Source: a virus
Reading direction: 5' to 3' (one strand)
Length of the DNA: 64,000 nucleotides
IMG/VR virus record: IMGVR_UViG_3300020403_002374
Location: 37,582-101,581 of that record
The notes beneath the pieces were generated by a model, which worked only from the letters and a program-made list of their open reading frames with translations, was not told the DNA's origin and ran no database searches. Position numbers and translations under genes: made by a program. Shown one piece after another: positions 58,101 to 64,000 of this stretch (position 1 is its first letter; each line of letters starts with the position of its first letter).

Positions 58101-61100
58101 TCTACCAAACTCACCAGATGCCCAAGTAGCAATACCGCTAATAGCTACTCCGCTAGTTGTATTTTCTAAAATCTGACCCCTGAGATATTGTCCAGAATCA
58201 ATTATTGTGTTATAGAGAACGCCCGATAACCCAGATGCACCAATTCTGAAATAATTAGTAGCGGGGTCATATGCAGCGTGAACACCAGAAACTCCACTAA
58301 CTGTAACAATATCATTATTTACAATTGGATCATTAGCAAATTCACCATTGGTAAGACTAAATTGATAAGTGATAGTTGGTTCATAGCCAACAACCAAGAT
58401 ACCAGAATTGTTTGTACCATCTTGTAAACGAAATGAATCCACATTAACGCCGCTAATTCCAGATACCACAATTACCGGAGGAACAGCAACATCAGTTTGA
58501 GTCATTAAGAATGGATCGTTACCAGCTATTGCAGCCGCTTCACCACTACTAGCAACTTTAAACGCATAATCATTAGAACTAATTTGAGGCTGAAGAACAC
58601 CAGACAATTCTAAAGCACCGAACTTGAAAAATCTACCTACCTGAGTAACCTCACACCCATCAACACCACTAAACGTAGCTAACTGCCCGTCTGTCCAAGT
58701 GGTGGAAGCGTCGGCGGGGATTTCTGTATCGTTTGCGACCTTTAACGTTGTAGCACCAGCAGTATCAACCTGCGTTCCATTCCAATACAAAGTACCGCCA
58801 TTATTGTATAGTTTATTTACTATACTGTCTGGAACATGATCACCCAGTCTTAATCCACCGCTTGGATTCATAAATCCACTAGAGATGACATCTCCACTAT
58901 TAGTAATATGATATATGGTGGTGCCATCACCCGATTGTAAAACCATGTAAGGCGTTGCAGATCCAGAGCCCTTATGTTGCAAAACAAAAGCTGGTTCATT
59001 CTCATCTAATGGTCTGATAAATAATGTTCCGCTAGGAGAAGCGTTATCTAAATCACCAATGCCGATTCTGGAGTTGTAAATATCTCCTGCTATGGTGTTA
59101 CCAATATTGATCTTACCACTAGCTTCGTGTGTAAAGAAACTAGCTGATGCTCCAGAAGCTATCAGTTCTATATTTTCATTTCCAGAAACCGCAACGCCAG
59201 CCCTGTAACCAAGGTAAATATTAAAGTTTCCACTCGCTTCTGATGCGGCTTTTCTACCAACAGCGACCGTATCGTTAAGCTCTAATCCAGATTGGGCGGC
59301 TGAAGAACCAATAGCAAATACATCTTTAAGACTTTCACCATATCTACCCGCATGTTGACCGAGAGCAACCACGTCTCGTAGACCAGATGCTTCTCCGACT
59401 ACAAAGCCACCAAAACCGGCAACCTGTTCAAAATCAAAAGACCCACTAGCTGGTCTATTACCAATAAGGTAAGATCTAATAATTCCACTAGCACCCTTGA
59501 GAGCGTTAGTTCCAATACCGACAACGTTGGTGATTCCAGAAGACTCTACGCCAGCATCATCGCCAATTAAGACTGCGGTATCATAATGTTCAACACCAGA
59601 GCCAGCATTTGGTCCAATTGCAACTAGTTTGTTGGCATCTTTAATGCCCCAACCAGCATTATATCCAAGAATAACAGATTCGTCAACACCACTAGCAAAC
59701 ATGCCAACGTGTGGACCTATAAATACAGAATAATCATTCAGATCACCAGAAGCTAAAGCCTCAATACCAATAGCTATAACGCCAGAGGTTTGATCTAACT
59801 TATACGCAGCTTGTTTTCCAATAAATGTACCACCGAAGTTACCGCTAGAAAGTTGACCGGCATTAACACCTAAGAATATGTTTGCAAAATTTTCTGTATA
59901 CGTGTCTGAATTAGTACCAGTAAAATTTCCAATCCTGTAATTACTATCTAGGAATAGAATTTGATTGAAATGCCCGGAGTTGGCAGCTAAGTCGCCACCT
60001 CGAACATGAAGGTTGTAAGCGGCAGAGGTACTGGAAGCATCACCCCCAATTTGAAGTCTATTGTTTGTAGCATCATAATAGATACCACTATCGTAGGTGA
60101 TAGATCCACTTCCGGCATAAATAGCAACCATACCATCTTTAAACAAACGGCCTGCTACATTTTCAGATGTTGTATCCAAACCTTTATTTTTTTGAATTAC
60201 AGCACCAATATTGTCAGCGATATCGCTTGGCAAATCTTTAAACTCTAACTGTCTAAATGTAGGTGGAGCATCTGTGCAAGGATCGCAATCAGCAGAGGGA
60301 CCAGCAAAGAACGTACCAGCGGTTTGATTTCCAAACTCTATAATTTGATCTACGACACCACTTAGATTTATAATACCATTAGAAGAAGATCCAACCCTAT
60401 TTCTTCTAAATGGCTCGTACTGTTTTCCACCAGAAGCAGTCAAAAATGTATCAGTTAATTGACCGCCAGAGAACATAATGCCAGAACCACCTTCAATAAA
60501 GCCAGAAGCTCTAATTGCTGCGGTGTTATCAAGATTACCAGCAATGTCAATTGCATATTCTGGTGACGATTGACCTATACCTAAATAACCTTGACTATCA
60601 TCAAATACAATGTCGGAAGAATAGTTTAGTATTTGTTCGTTTACCCAGAAAGCCAAGCCACTCTGTTTTGGCTCCTTTGTATTAGGCTCCAATCCATAAC
60701 CTTGGTATACAGCGGTTTTTCCGGGGTAAGTTACGAACACCTCTTTTACACCCGGAACAAAATTCACAGGCTGTCCAGATGCACTAAAATCGCCACCACT
60801 AGCACCAACAACATCTCCTACTACGATACCGTCAACATCAAGGTTTGCACGCTCTGTAATTTGATAAAAGGTTACACCGGGGTATTCGTCAAATGTGAGA
60901 CCACTAGGGTCTGTGAATGGTCCACCGTCAATACCAACACCGCTAATAGCAGCAGATCTAGTGAGCCAAAGAGGATAAAATTTTCCAGACCTACCCGATG
61001 TTGGCCCACTATTACTAGTACCATCAACAAAATAAGGACCAACTTGAATGTTAGAACTTCTAATTGGATTTCTGGTGATACTTCTGGTGCTACCGTCCAT

Positions 61101-61286
61101 AAAGTAGACGCCAGAACCAACTTCATACTTAGAATTGTCAGTTACCGCATAAAATACCGTATCGCCAGACGCATAGAAATCAGAAAACGAACTAAAGCCT
61201 GCCGCAGCACCATCTAACGATATGTTATTGGTGCCTTGGACTCTAGACGTTTCTTTAATTCTATCGCCAAGAAAAAAGTTTGACAT
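55200..61286 (-). CDS. Fibre/spike protein (2028 aa) with YadA-head-like beta-roll repeats and an inserted FG-GAP-like beta-propeller
   Basis: N-terminal DRIKETS anchor-like motif and 14-residue xxAIGxxA repeats in two blocks. The propeller has AISADG, ALSADG, TVSADG, ALSSDG, ALNADG, DISDDG and ALTSDG blades. Confidence 0.8.
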   Translation of the reverse strand: MSNFFLGDRIKETSRVQGTNNISLDGAAAGFSSFSDFYASGDTVFYAVTDNSKYEVGSGVYFMDGSTRSITRNPIRSSNIQVGPYFVDGTSNSGPTSGRSGKFYPLWLTRSAAISGVGIDGGPFTDPSGLTFDEYPGVTFYQITERANLDVDGIVVGDVVGASGGDFSASGQPVNFVPGVKEVFVTYPGKTAVYQGYGLEPNTKEPKQSGLAFWVNEQILNYSSDIVFDDSQGYLGIGQSSPEYAIDIAGNLDNTAAIRASGFIEGGSGIMFSGGQLTDTFLTASGGKQYEPFRRNRVGSSSNGIINLSGVVDQIIEFGNQTAGTFFAGPSADCDPCTDAPPTFRQLEFKDLPSDIADNIGAVIQKNKGLDTTSENVAGRLFKDGMVAIYAGSGSITYDSGIYYDATNNRLQIGGDASSTSAAYNLHVRGGDLAANSGHFNQILFLDSNYRIGNFTGTNSDTYTENFANIFLGVNAGQLSSGNFGGTFIGKQAAYKLDQTSGVIAIGIEALASGDLNDYSVFIGPHVGMFASGVDESVILGYNAGWGIKDANKLVAIGPNAGSGVEHYDTAVLIGDDAGVESSGITNVVGIGTNALKGASGIIRSYLIGNRPASGSFDFEQVAGFGGFVVGEASGLRDVVALGQHAGRYGESLKDVFAIGSSAAQSGLELNDTVAVGRKAASEASGNFNIYLGYRAGVAVSGNENIELIASGASASFFTHEASGKINIGNTIAGDIYNSRIGIGDLDNASPSGTLFIRPLDENEPAFVLQHKGSGSATPYMVLQSGDGTTIYHITNSGDVISSGFMNPSGGLRLGDHVPDSIVNKLYNNGGTLYWNGTQVDTAGATTLKVANDTEIPADASTTWTDGQLATFSGVDGCEVTQVGRFFKFGALELSGVLQPQISSNDYAFKVASSGEAAAIAGNDPFLMTQTDVAVPPVIVVSGISGVNVDSFRLQDGTNNSGILVVGYEPTITYQFSLTNGEFANDPIVNNDIVTVSGVSGVHAAYDPATNYFRIGASGLSGVLYNTIIDSGQYLRGQILENTTSGVAISGIATWASGEFGRIGVGTQGASGLILKDEFYIMDPNGSGHLSVLELNNSDNIIIQPDIEALYQTLPVDRGDVDNAYDSIFMGRLAGYGSRDESTTVALGHNAGMFNKGDDSRDFAAGTKIWGSLDNADIPEMLIRSSIDNVQLGANVAISADGSIVAASMRYAYWASASERSAMPVTENDISSQGAVAVFKIKKPEDGYSLASKGAELVKILYGDNALNRNDQVALSADGRTLVVGRTHGSSSTGQSQVQVYYWNDTDDVTNGPYTLQKTFAGTDASFGYAVTVSADGNVIAFRSNSTNKVKIAFRNTYAPSTFAGSANWTEVDQTIIGTSDVGDLALSSDGRVLAVQPGFVSTTKGAAILDINPALQTVTERINDATTFTDGYAIALNADGSIIAIGNSQVSSSTGEVKVYKSNESGEFVQLGSTITATNGATASYFGYDVDISDDGKTIVVGEYVWQYSGQQTGRVHTFRWNGSDWEDLNPTVDQSMATSWSSDLAGNGTNTRFGSSVALTSDGKTLVVGATADNTEDSSVSVWSLLNHDIGGSVHIGNLAGHMASGSAQAVNIGYNAGALLEESPRVISIGNNASIASSYNRRSIAIGDSAFSASSGSKDSIAVGTSAAKQTWDSPNSISIGTAANKHSFNGDDTISVGREAGAYTQNSKQSIYMGLQAGLSASGNNEASIGIGTYALADSYYTANCVAIGRNAAYAASGSESVAEGSNQKINFVAIGTSAARESHQLDHSVMLGSYAGFKMDGNRNSILIRNQSEEPTRDCGWAPKDTPGILNIGDHICGIISPLDTRTNLHIGKPLPDHGADENEVLQTINNAVLNITPPDGNDAHIRLKVAADIATPTTASVIQVEPMFVAETYTDRQSNGNAKNTEDVVEYTKNSGRNIIVNNFGYLTLPTATTKVGSGDNFQLKDARGAIISKEIGAVCLVFPALNPHGSGPTMAFAAVAGDGVGWYMFNPITGDYEVVNT

Positions 61287-61304
61287 TATATCCTCACTAA
61301 TCTA

Positions 61305-62339
61305 TTATGGATTGCTCTCAGTGTAAGTTGGAGACAGACTCATCGTTGGAACGACTCCAGATGATTCTCCGGGGCTATAACCGTAAAATACCAAATCTAT
61401 TCTATCGGCATCAGAATAAAGACCGGCCTGATTAATAATTGCTACAGAACAAGTTCTTGTGTTGCCACCGTGAGTGCTAATTCTATCAACAAGACCAACG
61501 GTATTGATTTCAAAGTCGGTAGGATCATCAGAGTCGGTTCTTGCATTTGCAGTTCCAACAGCAGTATATTCATTATTCTCAAATGTTTCGGGTAGGAATG
61601 TAATTGTGAATTTTCCGGGGCTGTCCCTTTGAACACCACTAATTCCATAGTAAGACCTAACAACTGGTAGATTCTCAACACCATCAAAGGTTCCACTTGC
61701 GTCAAAATTGATCCAAGCCTTCGCGAACCCCTTAGCCGTATTTGGGATAAAAGAATTATCTCTCAAAAAGTTAAGTTGACCGGACACATTGATTTCTTGT
61801 TCAATGGCGTCTGGTGAAGTTTGTACAAATTGAAGTCCCACATTTTCGATACCAGAAGTGTTGAACCAGAATTGATCCATAGCAAAATTGCCACGCATGG
61901 CGTTTCCGCGACCAACCAAGCTAACACCATCTCTATGAAGATATTGATGGTGATCATCATCTGCCAAAGATGATTGTTCTAACTCTCCATGATCAATACT
62001 TCCGGCTCCAAGCCAAGGCTCTGTTTGCCTCTTTGTTCTTAGTGATACAGTATCTGCGAACGGAAAGAAGATTCCAGACTCTACAACCAAGTCCCCATGC
62101 GTCTGACTAGCGACGATTGGATCTGGATCTCCAGCAGAGTCAGACTTACTAACCCTTAAAACGTTGAAGAACGGAAATTCTTCGTCTGTGTCACCGCTGG
62201 CAACGATTCTATTTATGGAAAACGCAATATCTTCCATGTTGTGTCGAACGTCAAAAGCAGAAATTAAACCGGCGTTGTTATCCGCTAAATCCGACGAGAT
62301 GCTGGCAATAAGTTCGCCAGATGTTTTCATAGTAGGCAT
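61305..62339 (-). CDS. Virion fibre-associated protein
   Basis: ADNNAGLISAFDVR N-terminus, DDDHHQYL motif and an AKAWINFD...SYYGISGV...GKFTITF domain often seen at fibre C-termini. Contains 8 Ser-Gly sites. Confidence 0.6.
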   Translation of the reverse strand: MPTMKTSGELIASISSDLADNNAGLISAFDVRHNMEDIAFSINRIVASGDTDEEFPFFNVLRVSKSDSAGDPDPIVASQTHGDLVVESGIFFPFADTVSLRTKRQTEPWLGAGSIDHGELEQSSLADDDHHQYLHRDGVSLVGRGNAMRGNFAMDQFWFNTSGIENVGLQFVQTSPDAIEQEINVSGQLNFLRDNSFIPNTAKGFAKAWINFDASGTFDGVENLPVVRSYYGISGVQRDSPGKFTITFLPETFENNEYTAVGTANARTDSDDPTDFEINTVGLVDRISTHGGNTRTCSVAIINQAGLYSDADRIDLVFYGYSPGESSGVVPTMSLSPTYTESNP

Positions 62340-62352
62340 TTAAAACTCTCCA

Positions 62353-62871
62353 TTAATAATCAAAAAATCCACCGGCCCTATGACCGCCATGATTGTTCCT
62401 AGAAACGTAATCTGAACCGGGGCTGTAAGGTCCAAGAATTGCTTGGCCCACAACACTACTCCCGGCTCTGTATTCAAGTAACGCTTGTTCATATTTTTCA
62501 CACAAATCTTTGTATAGTGTAGAAAGTGTAGCTGTAACCCCTCTAAGATCAATTGCAGAGGGACCATCTTTGATAGAGATAGCATTTCCAGATTCACTAC
62601 GTATTGCACTACCTACTATTATACACGCTGCACGTAAACATATCAAAGTTATGAACGCTTTGTCTTCTGTCTCAGCCGTAGGATCTGGATCGAGCGTACA
62701 GTTTTCGACATTTATGTTGTAGGTTTTATTAAAATCTACACTCATCTGTGTTAGTTGACCAGCAACAAGAATTGTAGTTTCAATCCTATGATCTGAGTAT
62801 GTGTAATTTGATGGATCTACGTCATCTATTAAGTATCTAACGATAGTTCCCATTTGACCTTGCCAAGACAT
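62353..62871 (-). CDS. Putative head-tail adaptor (connector) protein
   Basis: VRYLIDD...YSDHRI helical start and SIKDGPSAIDL hairpin resemble gp15/gp6-type adaptors. Confidence 0.6.
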   Translation of the reverse strand: MSWQGQMGTIVRYLIDDVDPSNYTYSDHRIETTILVAGQLTQMSVDFNKTYNINVENCTLDPDPTAETEDKAFITLICLRAACIIVGSAIRSESGNAISIKDGPSAIDLRGVTATLSTLYKDLCEKYEQALLEYRAGSSVVGQAILGPYSPGSDYVSRNNHGGHRAGGFFDY

Positions 62872-62879
62872 AATTTCAC

Positions 62880-63185
62880 CTATAGGTTACATTGTACTTT
62901 GAAAGTAGCGGTAGTTGTAGAAAAAGTGCCAGAACTTAGAACTACTTTTCCTTGAATCTTATAAACCCCGGCAACATCTAAGTCTCCAGAGACAACAATA
63001 TAATGCATTTTTCCATCTGTTCCATCTGTCTCTAAAGTTCCAGATCTAGTTAAGATAGTTCCATCAGGTTTTTTTATAAATATAGAGAGAGATGAGGCTG
63101 AAGATATATCTACAACTGAGCCATCATCCTTCACCGTGACAATCAGTTTTGTGCCGACATCGCCTGCGTGTATTTGGCTACTCAT
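62880..63185 (-). CDS. BppU N-terminal-like / Ig-like small virion protein
   Basis: GDVGT...VDISSA...KKPDG...DGKMHY...GDLDVAGVYKIQ...FKVQCNL pattern. Confidence 0.65.
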   Translation of the reverse strand: MSSQIHAGDVGTKLIVTVKDDGSVVDISSASSLSIFIKKPDGTILTRSGTLETDGTDGKMHYIVVSGDLDVAGVYKIQGKVVLSSGTFSTTTATFKVQCNL

Positions 63186-63430
63186 TAAGATAAACTCCAA
63201 GTTTGGTCACTATTTATATTTACTACGAAATCTAGCTCTCTACTAATATTTACACTAAAATCTTCATCTTGGCTTAGAAATAAATCCACATCTTTATCCA
63301 CCTGAAGTGGGAGATTGACGGAAAACTTAGTATCAATCAAAAGATTGTTATCTAATTCTTCTCCATTAGACTCTTGTATTTTTAGGGTTGATGTAGGCGT
63401 TTCAGACCAACTAGATGAACCATAAATCAT
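63185..63430 (-). CDS. Small hypothetical protein
   Basis: MIYGSSSWSETP start. Translationally coupled to its neighbours. Confidence 0.5.
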   Translation of the reverse strand: MIYGSSSWSETPTSTLKIQESNGEELDNNLLIDTKFSVNLPLQVDKDVDLFLSQDEDFSVNISRELDFVVNINSDQTWSLS

Positions 63431-63432
63431 TA

Positions 63433-63735
63433 TTAAACCTGTGGATCGGTAATGGTTACTCCAGCAACAGCTTCAGCAGCTTCAGAAGCGGCCTGTTTTG
63501 CCAATTTAATTTCGTATGCCTTAACATTTTCCGTTAAAAAACTTCTCACGATTTTATTTGCAAACACCGCTTTAGATTCTGGGTTGTCAATGAATCTAGT
63601 ATTTGTTTCACTTTCTGGTTGAGAATCGTCAAAGTCTGGATTTTCAACCTGTTCTGGTCTGTTATAATTTACCGCAACAGCGTCTAAAACTCTAGAAACA
63701 TCTGCGTCAGCAATTTCAACTGCAAATTGTGCCAT
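63433..63735 (-). CDS. Small hypothetical protein (fibre-region accessory)
   Basis: AGGAG RBS, 100 aa. Confidence 0.55.
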   Translation of the reverse strand: MAQFAVEIADADVSRVLDAVAVNYNRPEQVENPDFDDSQPESETNTRFIDNPESKAVFANKIVRSFLTENVKAYEIKLAKQAASEAAEAVAGVTITDPQV

Positions 63736-63756
63736 TTTTTTCTCCTATGATAAATA

Positions 63757-63999
63757 TTAACTAGCTTTTAAGCCAACTTTAAGTGCATTTAACTCACTTT
63801 GATTATAATTAGCGTCAGTTGCTGGGTTTTTTTCTTGTATTTCTTGAAAAGTAGAGAAACTGCTGCCCAATGCTATAGCGGTTCCATTGTGAACATCCCC
63901 ACTAGCGATATGATAAGCGTCGTTTGTCTTTGTAAAGAATTCTAAGTTAGTAGCACCAGTTCCATATTTAGCTGTCGTGATATATCTAATACCATTTGC
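63757..63999 (-). CDS. C-terminal fragment of a virion protein, truncated by the window edge (not in ORF track)
   Basis: Manual translation gives an open frame: ...ANGIRYITTAKYG...QEKNPATDANYNQSELNALKVGLKAS*. Confidence 0.65.
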   Translation of the reverse strand, partial: ANGIRYITTAKYGTGATNLEFFTKTNDAYHIASGDVHNGTAIALGSSFSTFQEIQEKNPATDANYNQSELNALKVGLKAS

Positions 64000-64000
64000 G

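Noticed and set aside
15286-62722. Many short + strand ORFs antisense to structural genes, and - strand ORFs inside the sugar operon
   Set aside because: They are shadow frames fully overlapping long coherent genes and have no recognisable motifs.
1-64000. CRISPR array, tRNA/rRNA, integrase/transposase, reverse transcriptase/DGR, intein
   Set aside because: I saw no regularly spaced DNA repeats, RNA gene signatures or diagnostic protein motifs. Intergenic space is minimal.
15220-64000. Contractile injection system / myovirus tail or eukaryotic giant virus
   Set aside because: No sheath or baseplate-J-like gene was recognised. Shine-Dalgarno sites, operon coupling, an intrinsic terminator and a TP901-like TMP indicate a bacteriophage.
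1-64000. Alternative genetic code (stop codon reassignment)
   Set aside because: The standard code gives dense, uninterrupted ORFs up to 4440 aa, and TAA, TAG and TGA all terminate genes.

Overview
This 64 kb window looks like part of a large, AT-rich tailed dsDNA phage genome. It is probably long-tailed and non-contractile, since no sheath gene is visible. Two gene blocks converge on a bidirectional intrinsic terminator at about 15,170-15,199. The + strand block (1-15,156) is one tightly overlapped run of about 22 genes, mostly soluble glycan biosynthesis enzymes: a NeuA-like CMP-sugar synthetase, a cupin, GDP-L-fucose synthase, about 8-10 GT-A/GT-B glycosyltransferases or degenerate relatives, and 3-4 SAM methyltransferases. 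It ends with a DUF559/Vsr-like endonuclease, a Rad52/Sak-like annealing protein and a Zn-ribbon protein. The - strand block (15,220-64,000) is a neck/tail morphogenesis module: adaptor, closure and terminator proteins, a 2028-aa fibre, a major tail protein, chaperones, a 2182-aa tape measure protein, a 4440-aa integrin-like propeller protein and large tail-tip proteins. The most striking unexplained signal is a strong, selective excess of Ser-Gly dipeptides in a subset of probably surface-exposed virion proteins, right next to the membrane-free glycosylation operon. I infer a phage-encoded virion O-glycosylation system using a Ser-Gly sequon. Other notable features are an identical 15-mer candidate late promoter, a repeat-delimited nuclease-like cargo domain in the tape measure protein, and apparent CCWGG avoidance. 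All family calls come from motif recognition by eye, and counts are manual and approximate.
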